Positions 36,407-45,690 of a stretch of 53,650 bases of DNA are shown here, one piece after another; within the stretch, counting starts at the first letter, position 1; every line of letters starts with the position of its first letter. Below the pieces are notes generated by a model. The model did not search any database. It was not told the origin of the DNA and worked only from the letters and a program-made list of their open reading frames with translations. The DNA comes from a virus. Its lineage: Duplodnaviria; Caudoviricetes. The position numbers and the translations under genes were made by a program. The stretch is taken from the IMG/VR virus record IMGVR_UViG_3300025009_000135, positions 1 to 53,650 of that record; one strand, written 5' to 3'.

Positions 36407-37051
36407 TTACGGGGCCGGGGTATATGTATATTTACTGCCCCAGTTTTCCAGGGCTTGTTCAAATGCTAGGTTGATTTCCGTAAGGGCGACGGTCGGTGCA
36501 TCGTCGGACGGGGTATAAGCGGCGGTCGCGTCGAAGCTGTAACGAGCGGGGGCATAGTTGCCGGTCGAATCTTCGCCCTCTTGTGTGTAAATTGTTAGCG
36601 TTGCGGCGCCGAAGTTCGGGACAACTTGCCCAGCTGTAAATCCAAGGTCGCCGTTTTTCATACGGGTGATTGCGTATTCTACTTGCGCCGTAAGAAGGTC
36701 GAGGCGAGCTGCGGAGGCTTCATCGACAGGAACAAGTACGGTTGTTTCTAGCTCGGTTTCAGGGTCGATGGTCGTTTGCTCTTCATGGGTGCCGAGGACG
36801 TACATATCGATATTGACCGATATTTTTTTCGCGATGTTTTGACGAGAACCACCACCGCCAGACGTTACGGAATCGACCATGACATTGACGAGCGCGACGC
36901 TTTGCTGGTTTTCGATCCACGGGCGCCATCGGCTATGCGTTACGGTAAAATCACGGTATACATTGACGGCGGCCTCGGCGGTTGCGACCTCTTGGAGCGC
37001 GGTGACAATATTGGCCTTGAGAGTAGCATGGGTGGGCATTGCGACGGCCAT
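36407..37051 (-). CDS. putative tail terminator/completion protein
   Basis: Synteny: immediately before sheath. Confidence 0.5.
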   Translation of the reverse strand: MAVAMPTHATLKANIVTALQEVATAEAAVNVYRDFTVTHSRWRPWIENQQSVALVNVMVDSVTSGGGGSRQNIAKKISVNIDMYVLGTHEEQTTIDPETELETTVLVPVDEASAARLDLLTAQVEYAITRMKNGDLGFTAGQVVPNFGAATLTIYTQEGEDSTGNYAPARYSFDATAAYTPSDDAPTVALTEINLAFEQALENWGSKYTYTPAP

Positions 37052-37438
37052 TTAGACTATCCTCGCGGTCAGTTTTTTAAGCATCATGGTGATATGGCCG
37101 AGCGTGCGGTCATGCGCTAGGCCTTCTACGATCCATGTTGACTCGTCGCCAACAGAATTAGTAAACCGACAACGCCACGTACCGGCGGTATCGGCGGGGT
37201 TGGCATCGGGAAACTGGTCGACTCCATCCTTGTCATATCGTGAGACGGAGAAGGCAACGCGGCGGGCGACTACAGGTAGCCCGGTTTGGGGGTCGATATC
37301 GAAGTTGACATCGATGAAGAATCCATAGACGGGATACTCGACGCCAGCAGGTGAAGTGAATACGGCCGGCACGGAAAAACCGGATGGAGAACCGAGGATG
37401 CGGGCATTGTCTTTGCGGGCGCGGTCGTATAAACTCAC
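37052..37438 (-). CDS. putative head closure/head-tail joining protein
   Basis: Synteny; IDPQTGLPV beta-rich pattern. Confidence 0.55.
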   Translation of the reverse strand: MSLYDRARKDNARILGSPSGFSVPAVFTSPAGVEYPVYGFFIDVNFDIDPQTGLPVVARRVAFSVSRYDKDGVDQFPDANPADTAGTWRCRFTNSVGDESTWIVEGLAHDRTLGHITMMLKKLTARIV

Positions 37439-37692
37439 AAGTTTTCCTCGTAAAACTTTTTTACCTCTGGCGAATCAACACGGGCCACAATGGGCGCGGG
37501 CTTGGATTTCTTGACGGGGGCGGCGGGCGCTTCATCATCTTCGACAAGGCCCTGCCTGATTGCACGAATAAGGGAATTAGAAACGGCCCAGTGATCTACG
37601 AGGACTTGCGGGACGGGGTCGCCCGCCCTGACATGGAGGGATACGCCGCCGATGGCGGCATTGATATCTATTTTAGCTTTCATCGGCGGCAC
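37435..37692 (-). CDS. hypothetical protein after capsid
   Basis: AGGAG RBS; basic Pro/Ala tail. Confidence 0.55.
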   Translation of the reverse strand: MPPMKAKIDINAAIGGVSLHVRAGDPVPQVLVDHWAVSNSLIRAIRQGLVEDDEAPAAPVKKSKPAPIVARVDSPEVKKFYEENL

Positions 37693-37697
37693 TCCTT

Positions 37698-38951
37698 TTA
37701 CCAGGCGGGGAGAGTGGCTTTCTGGATGAATCCAGACAGGCCCTCGGCGTTATACAGGCCCTCGGCGAAGTAGTACGCGTACTCTTCTTGGGCGAGCGTG
37801 GAGACATCGGGCTGCATGTCGACCTCGGTCGTGAGGCCCTGCTTGACGACGATGTTCATGTACCTGTTCGGCTTGACAAGATACATATACGTATCGCCGA
37901 CGCCGGAGTAGGTCACGGACTCGTCGCGCATGTCGATGACATCGCCATCGTAAGCCACGATTCCGGCGATTTCACCAATGGCGCCAAGGCGCTTGTTATT
38001 GGTGTTTTCCGGGAGGCCGCTGATGACGCGGGCGACGTGGCCGGCATTGCGGCCGGAGCAGAGAAGGTATGAACCACGAGGATCGATGAGGCGCTTGGTG
38101 ATCGGGTCTTTGCGCTGGCCGAGGCCATCAATCATATTCTCTATGGTATCGTAGAGCAGTTCCTGCCTGCCGGCTCCAGTCGTGGTGGCGGAGGCCGTCC
38201 ACTTCGCGGTGCCGACGGTGCCGTAAATATCCGCGAGGATGGGGGACATGGCGAGGTCGTCGAGCTTGGCGTTGTAGCCGGTGGCGACAGCGTCGTTCAA
38301 GGCGGTCATGTCGAGGCTCTTGTCGAACATCGCGGCGAGCAGATCCCAGCGGAATCCGGCGGCGTAAATGTTGACGTTAAACGTGCCCTTGAGAGCCCTG
38401 CTCTTGTCGCCTTGGTTAACAGGCTGACCGGAGCCGTTATGCTCCTTGAACACGATGCCGTAGGGCATGAACTCAACGATGGAGTTGGTGCGGTCGGCGT
38501 CGGGGCGGTTGGTTACGGCGTAGAAAAGCTGGCGGACGGTAGGAAGCGCGTTCTTGCGCTGGGTGATGTCCATGCGCATCGCGTCCCAAAGCTGCGCCCA
38601 GTCGGGGAGCAGGGTATTGCCGGTCGTGGCGCCCTTAGGTACACCAGCACCAAAACGACCAGAGGCGACGCGCTCATAGGCGGACTCGGTGCGGCCATCG
38701 GCCCACGCCTGCGGGACGTGGATGGCACCGCCGTACAGCGCGGCCTTAGAATAGTCGGTGCCCATCGATCCAAGACGAGTCGGGGCGGAAGCGCCCTTGC
38801 CAAACACGCGGTCGTAATTGGCTCCGGAAGGGTCACGGTACTTCGAACCTATGCGGCGCTCGGACATGACAACCGGGTTGGCATAGTTCGGGCCGAGGCT
38901 GGCAAGCGCCTGGCGCATCTCGCGCTTATCGTAAATCTTGATTTCGCTCAT
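37698..38951 (-). CDS. major capsid protein
   Basis: 417 aa, strong RBS, strongly biased codons, downstream of protease and decoration genes. Confidence 0.75.
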   Translation of the reverse strand: MSEIKIYDKREMRQALASLGPNYANPVVMSERRIGSKYRDPSGANYDRVFGKGASAPTRLGSMGTDYSKAALYGGAIHVPQAWADGRTESAYERVASGRFGAGVPKGATTGNTLLPDWAQLWDAMRMDITQRKNALPTVRQLFYAVTNRPDADRTNSIVEFMPYGIVFKEHNGSGQPVNQGDKSRALKGTFNVNIYAAGFRWDLLAAMFDKSLDMTALNDAVATGYNAKLDDLAMSPILADIYGTVGTAKWTASATTTGAGRQELLYDTIENMIDGLGQRKDPITKRLIDPRGSYLLCSGRNAGHVARVISGLPENTNNKRLGAIGEIAGIVAYDGDVIDMRDESVTYSGVGDTYMYLVKPNRYMNIVVKQGLTTEVDMQPDVSTLAQEEYAYYFAEGLYNAEGLSGFIQKATLPAW

Positions 38952-38982
38952 TAGTTACTTCCTCCTTACTTTTTTGCGGGGG

Positions 38983-39723
38983 TTAAATATAATAGACGTA
39001 CACGATACCGGCATCGGCGGCGGCGTGGGTGACAAGGCTCATGGCATCGGCGCCAACAAGAAGCTTGGTGTCATCGACGGCGGCAGCCATGCGGGTCAGG
39101 GCGCCATCGGTGGCCATAACGAGCGCAGTATGGACGGCGGAAGCTCCGTTGTTGAGTACGACGGTACCCCCAGAGTTGGCGGCGGTAGCGATGGCCACAA
39201 CATCGACGATGCGAGAGCCTACGGGAATGTCGAGAACCTTGCCGGTGGTATGGAAGTCATCCCCGGCGAGCAGGTCGGCGCGAATGACTTTGAGAACTGA
39301 GCCAGGCAAGGCATCGGAGGCGCCAGGGGCGAAGGGGCGGAAGGTGACGGCAGTCTGCGCGCCTCCGGTGCCGAACTCTCCCGTGATTTTGCCTACGGGG
39401 ATGGTGCCGGTCGCGGGAGCATCGACAAGAGTTCCTGCGGCGGACGATCCACCGGACAGGAAGTACAGAATATTCCCGGCGGTGAAGGTATCGGTAGCTT
39501 CGACCTGGGCGGTAGAGACTTCGACGCTCGGGTCGAGAAGCTGGATGCGGCCGGTTGCGGCATTGGCGATGCCGTCGAACTCGGCGACATATCCGAAGTA
39601 TCCGCCAAGGTACACAAGCTCACCAAAGAGCGCGGTGCGGCCGAGGTTATTCGTGACGACAACTTGCGCGCCGTCCTCGCGAATCTGGAAATCGTAATTG
39701 TAGTCATAGCCAGTCATGGACAT
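38983..39723 (-). CDS. capsid decoration/cement-like protein (two domains)
   Basis: Between protease and MCP; GYVAEFDGIANAATG, Gly/Ala/Thr-rich. Confidence 0.55.
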   Translation of the reverse strand: MSMTGYDYNYDFQIREDGAQVVVTNNLGRTALFGELVYLGGYFGYVAEFDGIANAATGRIQLLDPSVEVSTAQVEATDTFTAGNILYFLSGGSSAAGTLVDAPATGTIPVGKITGEFGTGGAQTAVTFRPFAPGASDALPGSVLKVIRADLLAGDDFHTTGKVLDIPVGSRIVDVVAIATAANSGGTVVLNNGASAVHTALVMATDGALTRMAAAVDDTKLLVGADAMSLVTHAAADAGIVYVYYI

Positions 39724-39757
39724 TTGTTATCCTCCTATCTTTCTTTCGTTTCTTTCG

Positions 39758-40825
39758 TTACGCTTTGGGCTTAATCCAGCCGGAACCGGGCTTATCGACA
39801 GGCGCGGCACTTTCTCCGGTAGCGGTATCGCTCGACCCGGCGTTAACGGCCTTAGCGCTTTCGGCGGCGGCAAGCACGAGGTCGGACACGGCAAGCGCTA
39901 TGGCTTCACGGCTTCGGCCATCGGCGATAGCGTTATCGATAAGCTCGACAGCGGCCCCGAGGGTGGCATATTTCGTGCGCATTTCGTTGAGCGCTTTCAC
40001 GCGGGTGCGCTCGGCGGCCACGGCGTCGGTCTTGAACTTTTCGACCTCGGCGACGGCGGCTTCCCCCTGGGCAAGAAACTCGGTCAAATTCTTAGGCATG
40101 GTATCTGCCTCCTTTATTTTGCCCTCGGCTCCGGGGGCGGGTGTATTGTTACTCCCGGTCGAGCCGGGGAGAAGGGACATCATCGCGGCGGCGCGGAGAG
40201 AGTCGGCTTTCGGGTCGGCCTTCTTCATGGCGGCGGCTTGCATGGATTCGAACTTCATACGGGCGGTGGACAGGGCGGCGGCTTTCTTACCATCGGCGGG
40301 AGCGCTGTCGGGCTCAGAGGCGGGTACGATATCGTCGACGAATCCGGCGGCTTTGATTTCATCGCCGAATAGCCACGTTTCAGAATCCATCATCTTTTTG
40401 ATTTCTGGCTTGCTTTTGCCCGTGCGCGCGGCATAGGCATTGGCCATAAGGGAGGCAAGGCCAGACAAAAAGTCGGCTTTTTTCTGCATGTCTCTATAGT
40501 CGCCAATCATTACCGACCACGGATTGTGGATCATGTAGACGGCGTTGTCTTCGGCGAGCACCATGTCGGCAACATCGGACGAGGCGATATACGAGGCCAT
40601 AGACGCGGCAAGACCCTTGAGGGTAATAAGTATTTGCGATTTGGGGTTGGCTCGCTTATAATCGCGGATGGCGTTGAATATCTCAATACCGTCAAAGACA
40701 TTCCCGCCCGGTGAGGCTATGGCTATATCGAGGTCTTCACCTTTGGCGGCGCGGAGGTCATCGGCTATACCGGATGCGGTAATCTCCCATCCGATTTCTC
40801 CGGATATATTTATGCGCTTAGACAT
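39758..40825 (-). CDS. ClpP-type prohead protease with C-terminal scaffold
   Basis: SPGGNVFDG, GLAASMAS, MIHNPW, ETWLFGDE..AGFVD. Confidence 0.92.
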   Translation of the reverse strand: MSKRINISGEIGWEITASGIADDLRAAKGEDLDIAIASPGGNVFDGIEIFNAIRDYKRANPKSQILITLKGLAASMASYIASSDVADMVLAEDNAVYMIHNPWSVMIGDYRDMQKKADFLSGLASLMANAYAARTGKSKPEIKKMMDSETWLFGDEIKAAGFVDDIVPASEPDSAPADGKKAAALSTARMKFESMQAAAMKKADPKADSLRAAAMMSLLPGSTGSNNTPAPGAEGKIKEADTMPKNLTEFLAQGEAAVAEVEKFKTDAVAAERTRVKALNEMRTKYATLGAAVELIDNAIADGRSREAIALAVSDLVLAAAESAKAVNAGSSDTATGESAAPVDKPGSGWIKPKA

Positions 40826-40866
40826 TGCGCCTCCTTGGTCTTTTCTTAAAAACAAAAACACGTACA

Positions 40867-40900
40867 TATAGATATAGGCAGTAGACCGAAATCTGTCTAG
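40867..40900 (-). promoter_or_regulatory. late-promoter motif copy (before protease/capsid)
   Basis: CTAGACAGAT-N12-CCTATATCTATA. Confidence 0.75.
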
Positions 40901-41505
40901 GGGGTATGTGATTTTTCAAGTTCTTCGACACCAGCATATACGGGAATGCCTAGGTTTTTAGCAATTCGTATTTCTTCGGTAGCGCCTTTTGAGTTTTCCC
41001 ATCCAGAAAGCGCAAGTATTCCGTCAACATCCATTATGGCTTTTATATCTTCGCGCATATAATCTTGCCACAGTTTATGTTTTGATAATACCCCGAGAGC
41101 AAAGGGATTAACCGGAGTATATCCATTTTGAATAAGTAGTTTTGATGCTAGATCAAATTCAGGCTTATTGTATTTTTCAATTCCTGTTATCGGCCCTGAT
41201 ATGTATATTTTTTTATTGTTTTGTCTTGGGCGATAATCAAACCATCCGAGAAACAACAGGCAACAAATAGCGTGAGCGGTGTGTGGTAATCCGCTTTCAT
41301 CGTCTATAATTTTACCCATAAGACGCGCCCATATATGGCGTATCGCGGCAGAAATATATCGTATTTTTGCCATTGGTACGCGCATCCAGTTATTCGGTTC
41401 ATATTTTAGAGCGCCCATAGAAAGCACTTTTGCTACATCTTCTAGAGGCTCGGGCGGTATCAGATCAAATCTTGGTTTACCTATATCGTATTTTACGCCT
41501 TCCAT
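40897..41505 (-). CDS. dATP/dGTP diphosphohydrolase (DUF5664-like) fused to DUF4406/NDT-like domain
   Basis: KYDIGKPRFDL..GALKY..NNW..AAIRH..ESGLPHTAHA; then IYISGPITG...GWENSKGATEE. Confidence 0.85.
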   Translation of the reverse strand: MEGVKYDIGKPRFDLIPPEPLEDVAKVLSMGALKYEPNNWMRVPMAKIRYISAAIRHIWARLMGKIIDDESGLPHTAHAICCLLFLGWFDYRPRQNNKKIYISGPITGIEKYNKPEFDLASKLLIQNGYTPVNPFALGVLSKHKLWQDYMREDIKAIMDVDGILALSGWENSKGATEEIRIAKNLGIPVYAGVEELEKSHTP

Positions 41506-41539
41506 TTATACCTCCTCGGTTTAATTTGTGCACTTTGTA

Positions 41540-42538
41540 CTATTTCGACGCCCCGTATAGAGAAGTCCATTCGGGGGCGACTTTGATAATATGCCCATCG
41601 CGAACTTTTATTTCGATCATCCAGTAGCCGACGTATGCGGCTAGCTTTTTTCGGCGCATCCAGGGAGTTTGGTGTTCGAGGCATCCAGTCATAATAGCTT
41701 GAACGTTGCGAAGGTTTGGAAAGTATCCGGCTTTGTGGTCGTGACCGGTTAGGATCATATTTGGTTTAGTTCCACCCTCAAGGGATTCAACTATTTTTTG
41801 TAGCCGATAACTTAAGGCATACGAACTTCCATCTTCACCGTGCCACAGGTCGACGCGGGCGCCGTTGAAGTAAACGCTTCCTTCATGCTCGCCGAGGTAT
41901 TCGGCATCGGGTAGCATTCGGCATATATCTTCGACAATGAGCGCTCCGGCATCGCCCTTGCTCATGTACCAAAGGTCATGATTTCCAGAGATTGCTTTGA
42001 CCGGGCCATGGAACGCAGAGAGAAGCGATACGGCGGCGGCGCGCTGGGCTTTGTAGCCTAGATGGGTTAATTCGTAAATATGCCCGTCGCGTCCGCTCAT
42101 GCCTTCGGTTATGTCGCCAGGCAAGAGAAGCATTTCGCATCCTTCGCGGTTACAATCGTCGATAGCGGCAGCTATTTCTTCCTCGTTAGTATAGTTGCTT
42201 CCAATATGCAAGTCAGACAGCCCTCCGAATTTGTACCATTCGCCGGAAAAGTCTACTGCGGTTTTGTGGTGCTCGTCATGGTGCTTGCTTTTGTCGTCAA
42301 GCAGGGCCTTAATTTCGGCGTCGGAATACGCGGCGGCTAGGCGCTCGATCATTTTATCACGGGATTGAAAGTCAACGGGTTTTCCGGTAATGGCCTTGGC
42401 TTCTCGAACGCGGCGGCGCACGGTTTCACGTTCAAGGCCGAGCTTCTCAGCGGCCCCGTCTATGCCAAGATCGCTTGCGGCATTTGAAATTTCTTGCAAT
42501 CGTTCGGGGCTTATTACTCCCAATTTACCACCATCCAA
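41540..42538 (-). CDS. calcineurin-like metallophosphoesterase with N-terminal HTH
   Basis: SDLH, GDITEG, GNHD, WHG, GHDH motifs; GAAEKLGLERETVRRRV HTH. Confidence 0.85.
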   Translation of the reverse strand: MDGGKLGVISPERLQEISNAASDLGIDGAAEKLGLERETVRRRVREAKAITGKPVDFQSRDKMIERLAAAYSDAEIKALLDDKSKHHDEHHKTAVDFSGEWYKFGGLSDLHIGSNYTNEEEIAAAIDDCNREGCEMLLLPGDITEGMSGRDGHIYELTHLGYKAQRAAAVSLLSAFHGPVKAISGNHDLWYMSKGDAGALIVEDICRMLPDAEYLGEHEGSVYFNGARVDLWHGEDGSSYALSYRLQKIVESLEGGTKPNMILTGHDHKAGYFPNLRNVQAIMTGCLEHQTPWMRRKKLAAYVGYWMIEIKVRDGHIIKVAPEWTSLYGASK

Positions 42539-43004
42539 TCAATCGACCAGCAATCACCACGAGGGCGACGGCGGCGGTCGGTACGGCTATTTTGGTTGCC
42601 GTTTTGTATATCCTTACCTCGAGGGCGAGCGCGTTAATTTGTTTCTCCGCTTGCGTTTGGTACGCTTCGAATTGTGCCGAGAGCTTTTCGTATCGCGTCG
42701 TGAGCGAGTCTAGTTTCATCGAGGTCTCCGTCAATGCCGCGTCTGATTTGTCCAGCGATATCGATGCTCGCTGCAGAAGATCGCGTGAGGTCTCTAATTC
42801 GGCTTGCAAGTTCTCGGTTTGCGTCTTCCGCTCGGACAAGCGCGCTTCCAATCTCGTCAAGCTCTCGTCGGCCAGCGTCAATAGTTGCTCGGTAGTCATC
42901 GGCTTGAGCGTCGAGCTTTGCGGTATCGCTGGCATGACGAGGAAGAAGCACGCCGCAAGCAAGAGCAATGCCGAGGACAAAGGCGACGGTCGCGGTAAGT
43001 ACAT
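42525..43004 (-). CDS. spanin-like protein: signal/lipobox + coiled coil + C-terminal TM
   Basis: SALLLLAAC, long heptad region, terminal IAVPTAAVALVVIAG. Confidence 0.6.
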   Translation of the reverse strand: MYLPRPSPLSSALLLLAACFFLVMPAIPQSSTLKPMTTEQLLTLADESLTRLEARLSERKTQTENLQAELETSRDLLQRASISLDKSDAALTETSMKLDSLTTRYEKLSAQFEAYQTQAEKQINALALEVRIYKTATKIAVPTAAVALVVIAGRLIGWW

Positions 43005-43014
43005 AGCGTTTCAC
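42634..43014 (-). CDS. i-spanin (Rz)-like protein
   Basis: GTGA-coupled to the holin; N-terminal TM then coiled coil. Confidence 0.6.
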   Translation of the reverse strand: MKRYVLTATVAFVLGIALACGVLLPRHASDTAKLDAQADDYRATIDAGRRELDEIGSALVRAEDANRELASRIRDLTRSSAASIDIAGQIRRGIDGDLDETRLAHDAIRKALGTIRSVPNASGETN

Positions 43015-43238
43015 GGCTTCTTGACGGCTGACACTACGGCGGCCACGTCGCTCCATGTTGTAAAGAACATAAGTAGGAGCGCGCCAGCGAGGCATGCGAC
43101 AGACGGAATGAACACGTACCATCCGGGAGCGCCGGGAATTGCAATTGCTCCAAGGGCTACGGCGGCAAGGGAGAAAAAGGCGGCGAGGATTCGGCGCATA
43201 GAGACGGCACCGTCTGATTCTTGGAATGGGCCTATCAT
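43011..43238 (-). CDS. holin-like two-TM protein
   Basis: SMRRILAAFF, two TMs, basic C-terminus. Confidence 0.6.
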   Translation of the reverse strand: MIGPFQESDGAVSMRRILAAFFSLAAVALGAIAIPGAPGWYVFIPSVACLAGALLLMFFTTWSDVAAVVSAVKKP

Positions 43239-43570
43239 ATTGCATTCCTTACTGTATCTTGGATAAAAAATTTCGCTTCTTCACGGAACGGGATGTCGTT
43301 GCCAAATGCTGAGTCGTACAATCCTTCCACAAGGAAGGTGCGGTATTCGCCATCCGCGTACACGATGTCATCGCCCGATATGACAAAATCGTGATAGTTA
43401 CCGGATATCGAAACGGCCACGCGGTCGCGCCCGTTGACGACTGCCTTGTCGGGGTTTGTCAAAGACCACACGCATGATGTCGGGGTAAACAGTTCGTTGT
43501 CCATATCGCGGAACGTAACTCTTAAAACGATAGCGGCCGATTCGTTCGGTCGCGTGGTTAAAGTGATCAT
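43235..43570 (-). CDS. hypothetical beta-rich protein associated with the fibre module
   Basis: Follows the repeat fibre gene. Confidence 0.55.
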   Translation of the reverse strand: MITLTTRPNESAAIVLRVTFRDMDNELFTPTSCVWSLTNPDKAVVNGRDRVAVSISGNYHDFVISGDDIVYADGEYRTFLVEGLYDSAFGNDIPFREEAKFFIQDTVRNAI

Positions 43571-43573
43571 ATA

Positions 43574-45274
43574 TTACCTCGCTTCTATGGCTATTTTTTG
43601 CGGCTTGGCGGTGATTGACACATGGGGCGCATATCCATCGATTGCCAAGTGCTGGATTTTGGCGGTGATTTGTATGCGCGCGGTATAGGATACTGCTGTT
43701 CCGATTGTCAAAGTTCCTGACACCAAAGAAATCGAAACGACAGCTCCGGCTAATAGTTTGCCGACAGACAGCGATCCGGATGCTGACGATGTTGCTTGGA
43801 CGTTGCCTGAAAGACCTGTCTCGGTAAGTTCGCCCGAAGTTGAAGATTCCGCATGCACCGATCCTGACAATGGCTTACCGACAGAAAGAGAACCAGACGC
43901 GGAGCTGGTTGCGATTATTGACCCGGACAAGTCTGCCGATCCCGCAAGGGTACCGGAGGCGGTGGAGACGGCCGAGACCAGTCCAGACAGCGGCTTGCCT
44001 ACCGACAAGGAGCCGGACGCTGCGGAGCTGGCTGAGACGCTTCCGGATAAGGATGCTGATCCTGATAGCTCGCCACATGCGGAAGACGTTGCGGTGACAT
44101 TTCCGGCAAGGGGTTTTTCAACCGAGATGGTGGCGGCGGCTGATGATTCTGCGGCGACTGTTCCCGATAAAAATTTGCCAACAGACAAGGCACCCGCCAC
44201 CGTCGAGGCGGCGGCTATGGCCCCCGCGAGTGGCTTTGATACCGACAGCGCGCCGCTTGCCGCGCTCGATGCCGAGACTTCCCCGGCGAGGGGCTTGCCG
44301 ACGGACAGCGCGCCGGAGACGGTAGAGGTTGCGGATACGGAGCCTTCGAGGTCTGCTCCACTACCTGCCGTGTACTCGTCTACACCGATGTCGCACGTAG
44401 TACCTGCTCGAGCGTCTCCATCGATATCGGTTGCTGGTACATTTGCGTCCGATGACGGCCCGATGCCGGAGTCATACAAATTGCCTGAATTGAGTAATGT
44501 AAAATTGCCATTGGCTGGATCTGAAAACTCGTTAGTCCATGCCCCGCCAGACGGGGTAACAGGGTTGCTACCGTCGCCGTCATCCGATGCACAATAGCTT
44601 ATCGTTATCGTGCCGTCAAAGTCATCAGTGCTTTCAAATACTGCACTGTTAACTACAGTTACTGTTCCTCCGTCGCGTTCAACACCATCATCAGCATAGG
44701 CGGCCACGCAGTTGTAAATAACCATTGTGCCATTGATGGCATAAAATCCTTGGCTTGACGAAGCGCGAGGAGTGCCGCCGTTAAACGAGATACAGTTTTC
44801 AAACTTTACGGAAGCACTTGTTGTGGAAGTGACAAAGCCCGATCCGCCACCTTGATAACGTGCGTAGCAATTTTTGACAACAATCCCCGTATTAGCGGTG
44901 TTAGTCTCATAGCAGAATCCGGCAGTAGTACAATCAAGTTGCAAGCCGTCGATTACGGTATAGTCTTGTTGTACGCGGAAGTCACGAGTATCGTCCATTT
45001 GAAGGATATATTTCGAGCTGTCGATACCAGACTTTGATGCGCGGTTTGCCGAGTCAGTAACGACCTTGACATAATAATCAGCCGACGTTATAAACCCGGT
45101 CAACACTACAGCGGTCGTATCCGGGCCACCAGACCAGTCGTCTTCGATGGATATGGTTAAGATACCTTCCATCGTGACAAGGTTTGCATTTGCCGACACT
45201 TCGCCCGTAATCGCCGCCTGAAAAGATGTATAGTCTCCGCCACTCGGGCGGACGGTTACGGTTTTATTGGCCAT
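43574..45274 (-). CDS. virion fibre-like protein: beta-helix N-domain + eleven ~20-aa repeats
   Basis: GDYTSFQAA start, DIDGDAR..CDIGVDEY motif, LSGSVSASSAASGSLSVGKP-type repeats. Confidence 0.65.
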   Translation of the reverse strand: MANKTVTVRPSGGDYTSFQAAITGEVSANANLVTMEGILTISIEDDWSGGPDTTAVVLTGFITSADYYVKVVTDSANRASKSGIDSSKYILQMDDTRDFRVQQDYTVIDGLQLDCTTAGFCYETNTANTGIVVKNCYARYQGGGSGFVTSTTSASVKFENCISFNGGTPRASSSQGFYAINGTMVIYNCVAAYADDGVERDGGTVTVVNSAVFESTDDFDGTITISYCASDDGDGSNPVTPSGGAWTNEFSDPANGNFTLLNSGNLYDSGIGPSSDANVPATDIDGDARAGTTCDIGVDEYTAGSGADLEGSVSATSTVSGALSVGKPLAGEVSASSAASGALSVSKPLAGAIAAASTVAGALSVGKFLSGTVAAESSAAATISVEKPLAGNVTATSSACGELSGSASLSGSVSASSAASGSLSVGKPLSGLVSAVSTASGTLAGSADLSGSIIATSSASGSLSVGKPLSGSVHAESSTSGELTETGLSGNVQATSSASGSLSVGKLLAGAVVSISLVSGTLTIGTAVSYTARIQITAKIQHLAIDGYAPHVSITAKPQKIAIEAR

Positions 45275-45282
45275 GTCCTACT

Positions 45283-45663
45283 TTAATCCAGCGAGACCGC
45301 CAGCGCTCCGGCGGCATAGGTAACCGGGTCGCCCGTGTTGATCGTCTTGGATGCGGTCAACGCGGTGATATCCGTGAGTAGGTTGCCTCCAGTCGCCGCG
45401 TCGTACAGGGCGAAGCGGGTCAGCTCGCCCCAGTCCGTGTTGCCGGTGCCGAAATCGATGATCGCCGTGTTGGCGGCGACACTCGGATCGGCATCGCTAG
45501 CGGCGTCCCAGCCGTCGCAGATTTCGCGGGCATAGCCTGTTCCGGCGCACTCCGCTGATGCGGTCAAAAGCGCGACGTAGATATGCGTCGGCTGAGTAAG
45601 CGCGGTGCCTTTGAGGGCGTGGTTGAGAAGGGCTCGCTGATAATACCTTGAAAATCCTGCCAT
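45283..45663 (-). CDS. fibre-associated virion protein
   Basis: YVALLT..GTGYAR..WG..FALYDAATGGNLL pattern of small phage fibre-base proteins. Confidence 0.65.
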   Translation of the reverse strand: MAGFSRYYQRALLNHALKGTALTQPTHIYVALLTASAECAGTGYAREICDGWDAASDADPSVAANTAIIDFGTGNTDWGELTRFALYDAATGGNLLTDITALTASKTINTGDPVTYAAGALAVSLD

Positions 45664-45690
45664 GATATAGCCTCCTTAGTTTTGTTCAGA

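Noticed and set aside
40897-41505. Z-genome (2-aminoadenine) pathway
   Set aside because: No PurZ-like or DNA polymerase gene recognised anywhere in the window
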